Of a stretch of DNA of 64,000 nt, positions 11,096 to 21,075 are shown piece by piece. Below the pieces are notes generated by a model, which saw nothing but the letters and a program-made list of their open reading frames with translations, ran no database searches and was not told the origin of the DNA. A program made the translations under genes and the position numbers. The stretch comes from Bacteroidia bacterium (lineage in GTDB: Bacteria; Bacteroidota; Bacteroidia; NS11-12g; UBA9320): positions 128,001 to 192,000 of the forward strand of contig CBDCFW010000001.1 in NCBI GenBank assembly GCA_965216465.1, written 5' to 3'. Position 1 is the first letter of the stretch, and each line of letters opens with the position of its first letter.

Positions 11096-11113
11096 TTTCA
11101 AATATTTCTGAAA
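11096..11113. promoter_or_regulatory. Putative GbsR-family operator TTTCA-N8-TGAAA (copy 1)
   Basis: Palindrome overlapping the expected -33 region of the regulator's own promoter. Confidence 0.6.
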
Positions 11114-11132
11114 GTTTATTAATGTATGTTCC

Positions 11133-11160
11133 AAAAAAATCCCCAAGATGACTTGGGGAT
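11133..11160 (-). terminator. Intrinsic terminator after hbd
   Basis: ATCCCCAAG/CTTGGGGAT stem followed by a U-tract on the minus strand. Confidence 0.8.
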
Positions 11161-11167
11161 ATAAATA

Positions 11168-12055
11168 TTATTTAAATGAATCGCTTACAATCAGTTCTTT
11201 CGTGCCGTGTGTCCAAGAGTAGAATCCTTCTCCAGATTTAACCCCCTTCTTACCTGCATTAACCATGTTTACCAATAACGGGCATGGAGCATACTTCGGA
11301 TTTCCAAATCCATCGTACAGTACATTTAGAATAGCTAAACATACATCCAAACCAATAAAATCAGCCAATTGTAACGGCCCCATAGGATGTGCCATTCCCA
11401 GCTTCATTACGGTATCGATGTTTTGAACCTCTCCTACACCTTCGTGTAACGTCCAAATAGCTTCGTTGATCATTGGCATAAGAATTCTGTTGGCAATAAA
11501 TCCTGGATAATCGTTGGCCATCGCCGGAACCTTTCCAATCTTCTTAGAAAGTTCATCAATAGTTGCGGTCACTTCTGGAGATGTATTGTATCCGTTAATA
11601 ATTTCAACCAATTTCATAATCGGTACAGGATTCATGAAGTGCATACCGATAACCTTATCAGGTCTTGAAGTTTGTGCTGCCAATTCAGTTATTGAGATTG
11701 ATGACGTATTCGATGCCAAGATGCACCCTTCTGGAGCGTGCTCATCCATATCTTTAAAGATCTTAAATTTAAGATCCTTATTCTCAGTAGCGGCTTCAAC
11801 CACAAGATCAGCTTGCTTTACACCGTCAGCTAAAGCAGTATAGGTGGTAATATTTGCAAGTGTAGCATCCTTATCAGCTGCAGTGATTTTTTCTTTTGCA
11901 ACCATACGATCTAAGTTCTTTGCAATGGTTGCTAGAGCTTTCTCTAACGCTGCCGCATTGATGTCAATTAATGAAACGGTATAACCATTTTGTGCAAATA
12001 CATGAGCAATTCCGTTGCCCATAGTACCTGATCCGATTACTGAAATATTTTGCAT
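11168..12055 (-). CDS. hbd: 3-hydroxybutyryl-CoA dehydrogenase
   Basis: GSGTMGNGIA, EAATE, SNTSS, GMHFMNP, HPMGP motifs. Confidence 0.93.
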   Translation of the reverse strand: MQNISVIGSGTMGNGIAHVFAQNGYTVSLIDINAAALEKALATIAKNLDRMVAKEKITAADKDATLANITTYTALADGVKQADLVVEAATENKDLKFKIFKDMDEHAPEGCILASNTSSISITELAAQTSRPDKVIGMHFMNPVPIMKLVEIINGYNTSPEVTATIDELSKKIGKVPAMANDYPGFIANRILMPMINEAIWTLHEGVGEVQNIDTVMKLGMAHPMGPLQLADFIGLDVCLAILNVLYDGFGNPKYAPCPLLVNMVNAGKKGVKSGEGFYSWTHGTKELIVSDSFK

Positions 12056-12128
12056 TTTTATTCTGTTTTTAGGTGGTGCAAACCTAAGAATTTATTGGTT
12101 AAGATTGAACCGTGTGGTACAATAATTG

Positions 12129-12710
12129 TCACTTGATGTTTAGCTGAACACTAAAGCCACTATAATAACCCATGCCTGGCTGATATGAATAGATTCTCGG
12201 AGCAACCTTCATACTCAAATCTTTATTCACTCTAAACTCTTTTAAATGAGCATCTACATTGGCATCAATGGCCTGCAAGGCATACAATCCTGCAAAACCC
12301 AGTATGGCTATATCTCTATACCTGCGATGGAAATCTCTAAAGTTTCTTATTGACGATTCGGATGCATTGGGATACAAATCAACTGTGTTGCTATCGCCAT
12401 CTATTTTTGCTGTAAGTATTTCTTGAAAGTGATTTAAGCTGTCGGTGTTGTATTTAAACATATAAGCTAAACCGCCAAATCCGGCATATACAATTCCAGC
12501 TTTCCAATACCTCTTGTTGTAAATCTGTCCAGCTCCAGGAATTACAAGCGACAATACCGTCGCCTTTTTTGGATCAGACCACTTTACAGCAGAATCTGTT
12601 ACAACGCTAGGATTTGCCTGCTGTTGTAGGTAAGCCGCATTATATGGCAATTGTGCATGCACATTTGTACACAAAACAATAAACAATGCTAGAAGTCCGA
12701 ATTGCTTCAC
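12129..12710 (-). CDS. DUF5683-type protein
   Basis: PKKA..LS.VIPGAGQIYN..YWK and IDANVDAHL motifs; downstream of parB. Confidence 0.8.
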   Translation of the reverse strand: MKQFGLLALFIVLCTNVHAQLPYNAAYLQQQANPSVVTDSAVKWSDPKKATVLSLVIPGAGQIYNKRYWKAGIVYAGFGGLAYMFKYNTDSLNHFQEILTAKIDGDSNTVDLYPNASESSIRNFRDFHRRYRDIAILGFAGLYALQAIDANVDAHLKEFRVNKDLSMKVAPRIYSYQPGMGYYSGFSVQLNIK

Positions 12711-12723
12711 GCAGCAAAGGTAT

Positions 12724-13596
12724 TTAAACCAATTTCTTTAAGATGTCTTCGAGTTGATCCTTTGACGAAAAACTGATAATAATCGTTCCGTTATCATTAG
12801 ATCTCGATTTAAAACGAACATCAGTATGCAATTTCTTAGCTAGGGAATTCTTTTGCGTGATGTAGTTTGAAAAGTCAAAGTACTTTGATGCTGCTTTGCT
12901 TGTAGTTCCCTCGCTAGTTCTTTCATTTCTTACTAGCTCTTCAACTTGACGAACCGAAAGATTTCCTTGAACAGCGGCATTGAAAATCGCCAATTGAGTC
13001 TGTTCATCTTCTACATTAACCAACGCCCGAGCATGTCCCATCATCAACTCACCATCTTTGATGGCCATTTGAATTTCGTCAGGCAGTCTCAATAAGCGTA
13101 GGTAATTATTTACTGTGCTTCTTTTCTTCCCTACACGTTCTCCTAAAGCTTCTTGTTTTAGGCCGCATTCGTCAATTAGTCGTTTATACGACAACGAGAT
13201 CTCAATTGCATTCAGATTTTCACGCTGAATGTTCTCAATCAAAGCCATTTCAAGCATCTGCTGATCATCAGCAAGACGAATGTAGGCAGGGATATGAGAA
13301 AGCCCTGCTAGAATAGAAGCTCTCGTTCTTCGTTCACCACTAATCAGCTCATACTTCTCGTAACCAATTTTTCGAACGGTGATTGGTTGAATTATACCGT
13401 GTACCTTAATTGACTCAGAAAGTTCTTCGAGAGCTTCATCATCAAATTCGGTACGTGGCTGAAAAGGATTAGCTATTATTTGACTAATTTTAATTTCTGC
13501 TATACTGTGAAGTGCCTTTGGCTCAATACCTGTTATATCGGTTTCTGCATTCTCTAGTAATGCACTGAGACCTCTTCCTAATGCTTGCTTGCTCAT
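12724..13596 (-). CDS. parB: Chromosome partitioning protein ParB/Spo0J
   Basis: LGRGL, NPFQPR, GERR, ENIQRENL motifs and an HTH. Confidence 0.95.
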   Translation of the reverse strand: MSKQALGRGLSALLENAETDITGIEPKALHSIAEIKISQIIANPFQPRTEFDDEALEELSESIKVHGIIQPITVRKIGYEKYELISGERRTRASILAGLSHIPAYIRLADDQQMLEMALIENIQRENLNAIEISLSYKRLIDECGLKQEALGERVGKKRSTVNNYLRLLRLPDEIQMAIKDGELMMGHARALVNVEDEQTQLAIFNAAVQGNLSVRQVEELVRNERTSEGTTSKAASKYFDFSNYITQKNSLAKKLHTDVRFKSRSNDNGTIIISFSSKDQLEDILKKLV

Positions 13597-14393
13597 TGAA
13601 TAATCCTTTCTTCTTCGCTAATTTTAGTCAAACCGTTTTTCTGCAACAGCTCTCTAGCGAGATTGAGGTATCCAATACTTCCTGAAGCGGTTGCATCGTG
13701 TTCCAATACAGGAACCCCAAAACTTGGAGCTTCACTTAACGTGGTGTTTCTCTTTATGATTGTATCGAACACCAATTGTTGGAAATGTAGTTTTACTTCC
13801 TCAACAACTTGATTCGATAATCTTAATCTTGAATCGTACATAGTTAACAATAATCCTTCAATTTCTAAACGTGGATTTATGCTTCTTTGTACAATTTTGA
13901 TGGTATTTAATAGCTTTCCTAACCCTTCTAATGCGAAATACTCACATTGTACAGGAATAATCACTGAGTCTGCAGAACCCAAAGCGTTTGTAGTAATCAA
14001 ACCAAGCGAAGGAGAACAATCAATAATAATAAAGTCGTAGCTCGCTTTAACTTTATCGAGAATCCTGGCCATAATCTTCTCTCGATTAGGCAGGTCAATC
14101 ATTTCAATTTCTGCTCCTACAAGATCAATGTTTGCCGGAAGAATATTCAAAAACTCATTCTTAGTATCTAAGATAGCGTCAGATGGATTAAGATCTTGTA
14201 CCAATAACTCGTATAAACCAAGTCTTACATTTTTGGGATCAAAACCAAGGTGAGATGTTGAATTTGCTTGAGGATCTGCGTCAACCAACAACACACGATT
14301 TTCTAACACTGCAAGGCTATACGCCAAGTTGATCGCCGTCGTCGTTTTTCCTACTCCTCCTTTTTGATTTGCTATACAAATGATTTTAGACAT
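13593..14393 (-). CDS. parA: Chromosome partitioning ATPase ParA/Soj
   Basis: NQKGGVGKTT, DADPQAN, QCEYFALEGL. Confidence 0.95.
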   Translation of the reverse strand: MSKIICIANQKGGVGKTTTAINLAYSLAVLENRVLLVDADPQANSTSHLGFDPKNVRLGLYELLVQDLNPSDAILDTKNEFLNILPANIDLVGAEIEMIDLPNREKIMARILDKVKASYDFIIIDCSPSLGLITTNALGSADSVIIPVQCEYFALEGLGKLLNTIKIVQRSINPRLEIEGLLLTMYDSRLRLSNQVVEEVKLHFQQLVFDTIIKRNTTLSEAPSFGVPVLEHDATASGSIGYLNLARELLQKNGLTKISEEERIIQ

Positions 14394-14400
14394 GATTTTT

Positions 14401-15087
14401 TTATAATTCTATGGTTTGATTAATGTTTGGTAAAATGAGCTCAATTCCTCTATTCATAAATGTTTCGGTAGCTGAGCTGTGATTAATTTCAATGGGTGGG
14501 AAGGTATCGAAGTGCATCCCTATCACCTTTTTCGTGTGTACAAATTGAGCCGCCATTGCTGCATCATTAACTCCCATGGTAAAGTGGTCGCCAACAGGTA
14601 AAAACGCAAAGTCGACATCGAATTCATCTGCGATTAATTTCATATCAAGGGTTAGTGCGGTATCACCGGCATAGTAAAATGTTTTGCCTTGAGCTGTAAT
14701 TACAAAGCCGACTGGATTTCCACCATACGTACCATCTGGAAGCGAACTACTATGCTCAGCCTTTACCATCTTCATGGTGCAGAAACCAAGATTAATAGAC
14801 CCTCCAGTATTCATGGGCACACAATTTTCGATGCCTTGCTTTTGCAGCCACTCCGTAATTTCATAGGCCGCAATTACTTGTGCCTTCGATGCATCGGCAA
14901 TGGCCACAGCATCAGCAACATGATCTCCATGTCCGTGTGAAATCAAGATCACGTCGGGAGTTATTGTGGAAATGTCGATAGCACTTGCCTTAGGATTTGG
15001 AGAAATAAATGGATCAAACAGTATATTTTTACCGCCTATTTTCACCATAAAGCAAGAATGTCCGTAGTATGTAATCGATACAGTCAA
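14401..15087 (-). CDS. Metallo-beta-lactamase-fold metal-dependent hydrolase (UlaG-like)
   Basis: GHSCF, SHGHGDH, HSSS, AGDT, GMH motifs; TTG start. Confidence 0.88.
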   Translation of the reverse strand: MTVSITYYGHSCFMVKIGGKNILFDPFISPNPKASAIDISTITPDVILISHGHGDHVADAVAIADASKAQVIAAYEITEWLQKQGIENCVPMNTGGSINLGFCTMKMVKAEHSSSLPDGTYGGNPVGFVITAQGKTFYYAGDTALTLDMKLIADEFDVDFAFLPVGDHFTMGVNDAAMAAQFVHTKKVIGMHFDTFPPIEINHSSATETFMNRGIELILPNINQTIEL

Positions 15088-15135
15088 TTTGGTTCAAATT
15101 TGTGTTTCAAATCTAATCACATATATAAGGCAGTA

Positions 15136-16722
15136 ATGAACAGGTTTTTCTTAGTTATTCACATTAGTTTAGTGTTGATTTCTTGCAATTCTGGGTCGAA
15201 ATCTGACGACAAAGAAGTTTTTAGATATAACAGTTCAACCGGAATTACCTCTTTAGATCCTGCTTTTGCTCGAACTCAAGAAAACATACGTGCTGTAAAT
15301 CAGCTGTTTAACGGCTTGGTTCAACTTGATAATGATTTATTTGTTCAACCGGCTATTGCCAAATCGTGGACCATTTCAGACGACAACAAAGTGTACACTT
15401 TTACACTCAGAAACGATGTATTTTTCCACAATAGCAATGTTTTCACGGAAGGCAAAAGAACGGTGAATGCTTCAGATTTTGTTTATTCGTTTAATCGCAT
15501 TATTGACCCCAAAACTGCTTCTGATGGTGCTTGGATATTTAACGGCATAGTTGCTGACAATGAGCCATTTAAAGCACTCAACGACACGACATTCACCATA
15601 GAACTCAACAAACCCTTCACCCCTCTTGAGAGCATGCTAACCATGGCGTACTGCTACGTTGTTCCACGGGAGGCGGTTGAATCATTAGGCGACGACTTTG
15701 GTAAAAGTCCTATAGGAACGGGCCCCTTCAGATTTGCCAATTGGCAAGAAGGCATTAAACTGAATCTGCTTCGAAACGAAAATTACTTTGAGTCTATAGC
15801 ATCCAATCCTATTCCATATGTTGATGCTGTTTCTGTTTCATTTATCCAAAGTAAGCAAACCGAACTGCTCGAATTTTTACAAGGAAAACTGGATGTCTTT
15901 ACAGGACTCGAAAGCTCATTTAAAGATGAAATCCTTTCTGCTGAAGGTGAACTTAAATCGAAGTATCATATTCAATTTGAAATGGAAAAGATTCCTTTTC
16001 TAAATACCGAGTATCTTGCTTTTAATGTAGAAGACAGTTCTTCGCCTGTATTCAACCCAGCCTTGCGTAAAGCAATGAGTTTCGCAGTAGACCGACAAGC
16101 AATGGTTAAATACCTAAGAAATAATGTCGGTTTGCCGGCAAATGGAGGGTTTACTCCAAAAGGACTTCCTGGATATCACCATTTCTCAACGAGTTTGTAC
16201 AACCCTACAAAAGCGAAAACTATTGTAGATTCACTTAATTTTAGCTTTGAAGAACCGATTGTTTTAACCACTACCAAAGACTATCTCGACCTTTGTATTT
16301 TAGTTCAAAAGAACTTGGCTGATGTTGGCATTCCATTGAAGATAGATGTAGTTCCTTCGAGCTTACTCAAACAACAAAAATCCAGTGGTGACTTAGCCTT
16401 TTTTAGAAGCAGCTGGATTGCAGATTACCCCGATGCGGAAAACTACATGGCGTGCTTTCTTTCAAGTAATAAGGCACCCAATGGACCAAATTATACACGA
16501 ATACAGAATTCTACATTCGACAATTTATATCAGTCTTTACTTATTCCAAGGCAAACTGAAGAGAAGCTGAGCTTGCTTCGAGAAATGGAAGAAGAATTAC
16601 ATCGCACTACACCATTCATTGTTCTGTTTTATGACGAAAGCATCTGGATTCGGCCCAACACACTTCAAGGTCTGAAGGTTAATTCTTTAAATCATATGGA
16701 TTTGAAGCAAGTTAGAAAGTAA
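15136..16722 (+). CDS. ABC transporter substrate-binding lipoprotein (peptide/nickel, family 5)
   Basis: Likely ATG at 15136 with a lipobox (LISC); SLDPA, GTGPF and WIADYPD motifs. Confidence 0.88.
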   Translation: MNRFFLVIHISLVLISCNSGSKSDDKEVFRYNSSTGITSLDPAFARTQENIRAVNQLFNGLVQLDNDLFVQPAIAKSWTISDDNKVYTFTLRNDVFFHNSNVFTEGKRTVNASDFVYSFNRIIDPKTASDGAWIFNGIVADNEPFKALNDTTFTIELNKPFTPLESMLTMAYCYVVPREAVESLGDDFGKSPIGTGPFRFANWQEGIKLNLLRNENYFESIASNPIPYVDAVSVSFIQSKQTELLEFLQGKLDVFTGLESSFKDEILSAEGELKSKYHIQFEMEKIPFLNTEYLAFNVEDSSSPVFNPALRKAMSFAVDRQAMVKYLRNNVGLPANGGFTPKGLPGYHHFSTSLYNPTKAKTIVDSLNFSFEEPIVLTTTKDYLDLCILVQKNLADVGIPLKIDVVPSSLLKQQKSSGDLAFFRSSWIADYPDAENYMACFLSSNKAPNGPNYTRIQNSTFDNLYQSLLIPRQTEEKLSLLREMEEELHRTTPFIVLFYDESIWIRPNTLQGLKVNSLNHMDLKQVRK

Positions 16723-16764
16723 TTCTATTCTGCTATATTCGTAAGGTAACCAACTTAAAATCTT

Positions 16765-17178
16765 ATGAATCCAATACTTAGAAACATTTTAGTAGTAATC
16801 GGCGGACTCTTTGTTGGAGGGCTCGTTAACGGTCTCATTGTATCCATCAGTGGATCTGTGATTCCATTACCCGGGGATATAGACCCCAATGACATGGAAG
16901 CTTTAAAGGATGCTATTGGCTCATTTGAGACCAAACATTATATAATGCCTTTTCTTGCACATGCACTGGGCACTTTGGTAGCAGCCTTTCTTATTGCAAA
17001 ATTTGCGGTATCTGCTCATATGCAACTCGCTGTATTCATCCCAGGAATTTTATTCTTAATAGGTGGGATTATGGCAAGCCAGATGCTAGGAACACCTATG
17101 GTTCCAACTGTTGTTGATTTGGTATTTGCCTATCTTCCAATGGCATTCATTGGATATAAGCTAGGCTACAAGAAATAA
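16765..17178 (+). CDS. Hypothetical membrane protein
   Basis: 137 aa, 4 TM segments, PFLAHALGT motif. Confidence 0.7.
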   Translation: MNPILRNILVVIGGLFVGGLVNGLIVSISGSVIPLPGDIDPNDMEALKDAIGSFETKHYIMPFLAHALGTLVAAFLIAKFAVSAHMQLAVFIPGILFLIGGIMASQMLGTPMVPTVVDLVFAYLPMAFIGYKLGYKK

Positions 17179-17191
17179 TTTAAGAGAAAGT

Positions 17192-17731
17192 TTAGCCAGA
17201 TTTTCTTACACTAGAAACTTTTGGGCCACCTTTGGCTTTGCTTTGAGCCTTAGGTGCAGACTTAGTTTGCTGTGGTTTTTTAGCTGCAGTCTTCTTTTCA
17301 GTTGCTTCTGCGTGATCTTCAGCTTCTTCGTCCATTAAGTTATTGAAGTCTAACTTGTCTTTTAATAGATTGTACCAGCTTACAAGCTTAAGAATGTCTG
17401 AATTGTAAACTTGGTCTTCGTCAAAATTTTCAAGTACCGTTCTAAAAAATGTTCTGATTTCATCACCAGAATTTTTCTTAGTTACCAATGCTAGACCACC
17501 TTCAACCTTTTCGTGCAAGCTTTTTAATATTACATCAAGCTTCTCATCACCTTCGTAGGTATACATTGATATATCGCTTAAAAACGAAACTTTTTGCGTT
17601 AAGTTGGTAGGGAATCTTTTTTTAGATCCATCTAAACTCTCAACAATAAGACCGTTTGGTCTTCTACCTACTAATTTGTGCAATCCTGGTTTGCCTGAAA
17701 CCGAAACAATATCTGATAAGTATAATGCCAT
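17192..17731 (-). CDS. DUF5606-type protein
   Basis: SVSGKPGL, LSDISMYT, VYNSDI.K..SWYN motifs and a K/A-rich tail. Confidence 0.75.
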   Translation of the reverse strand: MALYLSDIVSVSGKPGLHKLVGRRPNGLIVESLDGSKKRFPTNLTQKVSFLSDISMYTYEGDEKLDVILKSLHEKVEGGLALVTKKNSGDEIRTFFRTVLENFDEDQVYNSDILKLVSWYNLLKDKLDFNNLMDEEAEDHAEATEKKTAAKKPQQTKSAPKAQSKAKGGPKVSSVRKSG

Positions 17732-17941
17732 GTGTAATATTTTGTGCGAATGTATTTATTAAAATGATATGGTTTGTAAGGTTTTTATAAGAATTACTTT
17801 TTTCTGCTAAATGTCATATAATTCTTAGCTTTTTCCGTTTGTCAAGTGAATACGCACTTTTATCCAATTGCAATGAAACAAATAGACATTTCTTGCGTTA
17901 TGTGTTTGGGTAAATTTGATTTAATTGGTTAGTTAGTTGGT

Positions 17942-17968
17942 AAAGGAGGCCGTTACTCGGCCTCCTTT
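17942..17968. terminator. Strong, likely bidirectional terminator hairpin after kdsA
   Basis: Perfect 11-bp stem AAAGGAGGCCG/CGGCCTCCTTT. Confidence 0.75.
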
Positions 17969-17974
17969 CCTATT

Positions 17975-18790
17975 TTATAAACTCGCCCGTATAGCAAGCA
18001 ACTTCGTCAGTAATTCTTCCATTTTATGAAGAGGCAACATATTAGCTCCATCGCTCAGTGCAGTACTCGGATCAGGATGTGTTTCAATAAACAATCCATC
18101 TACACCAACAGCAATAGCGGCCTTTGATAATGGCTCGATTAATTCTGGTAATCCACCTGTAACGCCACTCCCATTGTTTGGCTGTTGTAACGAATGCGTA
18201 CAATCCATTATCACTGGAAAGCCCGATTGTTTCATCCAAACTAAATTTCTGTAGTCAACAATCATATCGCCATAACCGAACATGTTTCCTCGCTCGGTAA
18301 ACATCACTTGGTCATTTCCAGTTTCTGTTACTTTTTTAGCGGCATGTGGCATCGCTTCAGCAGCAGCAAATTGTCCTTTTTTGATATTCACAACCTTTCC
18401 TGTTTTTCCAGCAGCAGCTAACAACTCAGATTGTCTAAAAAGAAACGCTGGAATTTGCAATACATCAACATACTCTGCCGCCATTTCAGCCTCTCGGCTT
18501 TCGTGAATATCTGTAACTACTGGAACATTAAACTCACTTCTAACCTTAGCCAAAAGCTTTAGTGCCTTTTCATCTCCAATGCCTGTAAACGAAGAAGATT
18601 TAGTTCTATTTGCCTTGCGATAAGAAGCTTTAAATACGTAAGGAATGTCCAGTTTTTCCGTTAGTTTCACTAGATGTTCAGCTGTTTGTAAAGTTATTGT
18701 TTCATTTTCTACAGCACAGGGGCCTGCAAGCAGAAATAACTTTTCTTTGCTGAACAGACTTTTTAAAGTTGAATTTATAGTTTGACTCAA
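17975..18790 (-). CDS. kdsA: KDO-8-phosphate synthase (start uncertain; TTG at 18790 assumed)
   Basis: AGPC, KASYRKANRT, QIPAFL.RQ, NIKKGQF, ETHPDP..ALSDG. Confidence 0.93.
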   Translation of the reverse strand: MSQTINSTLKSLFSKEKLFLLAGPCAVENETITLQTAEHLVKLTEKLDIPYVFKASYRKANRTKSSSFTGIGDEKALKLLAKVRSEFNVPVVTDIHESREAEMAAEYVDVLQIPAFLFRQSELLAAAGKTGKVVNIKKGQFAAAEAMPHAAKKVTETGNDQVMFTERGNMFGYGDMIVDYRNLVWMKQSGFPVIMDCTHSLQQPNNGSGVTGGLPELIEPLSKAAIAVGVDGLFIETHPDPSTALSDGANMLPLHKMEELLTKLLAIRASL

Positions 18791-18836
18791 GACGTTGATT
18801 TTGTACGGCAAAAGTAAAATATTAAGCATTCAATCC

Positions 18837-19433
18837 ATGGTTCGGACCATATTCATGGTTGCGAGCTTATTTCTTGCCGACCAATTGGCCGCTCAAGATT
18901 TGCACCCTTATCTTAAAAATTTCAACTTAACAGCTTCAAACGGCCAACTCTACCTGAGCTGGACCACCCGCCCTGGATTTACCTGCCAAGACATCCATAT
19001 TGAGTTATCAAAAGATTCAACCAATTTTAACCGTGTAGGTACTTATTTTGGGCTATGTGGTGACACCGCTGAAAAGCACTATACTTTTATAATAGAAGAG
19101 CCTCACTTTAACACCATCAATTATGTTCGTCTTGAGCTTGGAAATTTTGGCTATTCATTTGTAGAAGCTGCTCGTGTAATTAAACCAAGCAGTGAATTGC
19201 TTGTGGTTCCTCACCCTGCGAATAGAGCTAGCGTATTCTATTTTACCAACGACAACAAAAATCTTGCAACTATTAATTTTTATAACCTATCGGGAAAGCT
19301 CGTTCGCTCGGTACAAACGGAAGGAAATAGTTTTGGTTTTGGTGACTTAACCTGTGAAGATGGGATTTTCACCTACACCATAGAAGTTGACAACTCAATA
19401 AAGCGTGGTAAAATTCTGGTATCCTGCTTATAA
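18837..19433 (+). CDS. Small secreted protein with a T9SS-type C-terminal domain
   Basis: Signal peptide; PHPA...YNLSGKLV...GIFTY...KILV tail. Confidence 0.7.
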   Translation: MVRTIFMVASLFLADQLAAQDLHPYLKNFNLTASNGQLYLSWTTRPGFTCQDIHIELSKDSTNFNRVGTYFGLCGDTAEKHYTFIIEEPHFNTINYVRLELGNFGYSFVEAARVIKPSSELLVVPHPANRASVFYFTNDNKNLATINFYNLSGKLVRSVQTEGNSFGFGDLTCEDGIFTYTIEVDNSIKRGKILVSCL

Positions 19434-20198
19434 GAAATCGAACAAGGCGGTGTAAATCTCTTCTGCCATTGCCGTGTTTAGTGCCTTTGACCCATGATCA
19501 CTTGGAAAAGTGGGTTTAAAATAAACCAGATTGTTTTTTGGGATAATATTCGTAATAGGATCTACAACCATTTCTAACTCTGCTAATGAACCTGTTACAA
19601 AAACTGGAACTTTCATCCCAACAACGCTTGTTTTTAGCAGATTTCGGTCGTTAAAATATTCGCCAGGACTGAAAGCTATAGCTTTCTTTACGCGTTCATC
19701 TGAATTTGCGACCATAAGAGCCAAAGATGCTGAATAAGAGCTTCCCCAGACGTAAATATCCATATTGCTATTCTCGGCAGCATAATTTATTGCAGCTTCA
19801 ACATCCTTGCGTGCTTCAAGATATGAAATAGGCAGGTTAAGGTCGTTAGCTCTCTTAAACGTCTCATTTGCAACTCCATACACCTCATTTCCACTTCTTT
19901 GATCGATGGCAAGACATGCATAGCCAGAATCGATTAAGCGTGGAGCAATGTCTTTATACTCCGCTCGACTGAATCCAGCTTGATGGCATAAAATAATTAA
20001 GGCCTTTGCCTCAGCATTTGGATAGAAGTCTGCAGTTACCATTAAGCTATCTTCAGCATAAAACTCAACCGTTTTAGAACCACCTAAAGCAACTTCAACA
20101 GCAGCATTATCTAACTCCTTGTCAGAGTCACTTGTATCTGAACTACAACCTGATATAAATGCCAATGCGATAAGAATTAAATAAAAAAGCTTGCTCAT
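19428..20198 (-). CDS. Alpha/beta hydrolase lipoprotein (dienelactone hydrolase-like)
   Basis: Lipobox ISGC; HQAG, DQRSG, GSSYS, FSPGEY, HGS motifs. Confidence 0.8.
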   Translation of the reverse strand: MSKLFYLILIALAFISGCSSDTSDSDKELDNAAVEVALGGSKTVEFYAEDSLMVTADFYPNAEAKALIILCHQAGFSRAEYKDIAPRLIDSGYACLAIDQRSGNEVYGVANETFKRANDLNLPISYLEARKDVEAAINYAAENSNMDIYVWGSSYSASLALMVANSDERVKKAIAFSPGEYFNDRNLLKTSVVGMKVPVFVTGSLAELEMVVDPITNIIPKNNLVYFKPTFPSDHGSKALNTAMAEEIYTALFDFL

Positions 20199-20253
20199 AA
20201 GGGTTCAAAAATGTTTTATTTATCTAAAATTGCAAAGCCTAAATTAATAAAAC

Positions 20254-21054
20254 ATGTCAAACAATCTTTTAAAAGGTAAAAAAGGTATTATTACCGGTGC
20301 TTTAAACAGCGATTCAATCGCATGGAAGGTAGCTGAAAAATGTGTAGAACAAGGTGCTGAAATTATTCTTTCAAACGCACCTATAGCCTTAAGAATGGGT
20401 ACCATTAATGAGCTTGCTGAAAAAACCAATGCAAAAATTATTGGATGCGATGTGAGCAACAACGACGATGTGGTAAATCTAATCGATCAGAGTATGGAAG
20501 AATTCGGTGGTAAGTTCGATTTTATGTTGCATTCTATCGGGATGAGTTTGAATGTTAGAAAAGGAAGAGAATACACTAACTTAAAATACGACTGGACCCA
20601 AAAGACTTTTGATATTTCAGCATTGTCATTTCACAAAATGCTTCAAGCAGCCTATCAAAAAGATGCATTAAACGAATGGGGTTCTGTATTAGGTTTAACT
20701 TATATAGCCGCTCAGCGTGTTTTCCCAGATTATAATGAAATGGCCGAAAGTAAAGCTCTTTTAGAGAGCATCGCAAGAAGCTTTGGATATCACTACGGTA
20801 AATTTAGAAACGTACGTGTAAATACAATTTCTCAAAGTCCAACAGTTACTACCGCAGGTAGCGGAGTTAAAGGATTTGATGATTTTGTTAATTATGCAGC
20901 GAAATTATCTCCACTTGGAAATGCCGACGCAAATGCTTGTGCCGATTACTGTATATCTATGTTCTCTGACCTAACCAAAATGGTGACCATGCAGAACTTA
21001 TTTCACGATGGTGGATTTAGCTTCACCGGTGCAAGTAACGAAGTTCTTCGCTAA
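20254..21054 (+). CDS. fabI: Enoyl-ACP reductase
   Basis: GALN..SIAW, HSIGMS, YNEMAESKA, QNLFHDGG. Confidence 0.92.
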   Translation: MSNNLLKGKKGIITGALNSDSIAWKVAEKCVEQGAEIILSNAPIALRMGTINELAEKTNAKIIGCDVSNNDDVVNLIDQSMEEFGGKFDFMLHSIGMSLNVRKGREYTNLKYDWTQKTFDISALSFHKMLQAAYQKDALNEWGSVLGLTYIAAQRVFPDYNEMAESKALLESIARSFGYHYGKFRNVRVNTISQSPTVTTAGSGVKGFDDFVNYAAKLSPLGNADANACADYCISMFSDLTKMVTMQNLFHDGGFSFTGASNEVLR

Positions 21055-21075
21055 TTACAGAACAAATTTACCGAT

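Noticed and set aside
12724-14393. parAB as a sign of a plasmid or ICE, or a nearby parS site
   Set aside because: It sits in the usual chromosomal context (hydrolase-parA-parB-DUF5683), and I found no convincing TGTTCCACGTGGAACA-type palindrome by eye.
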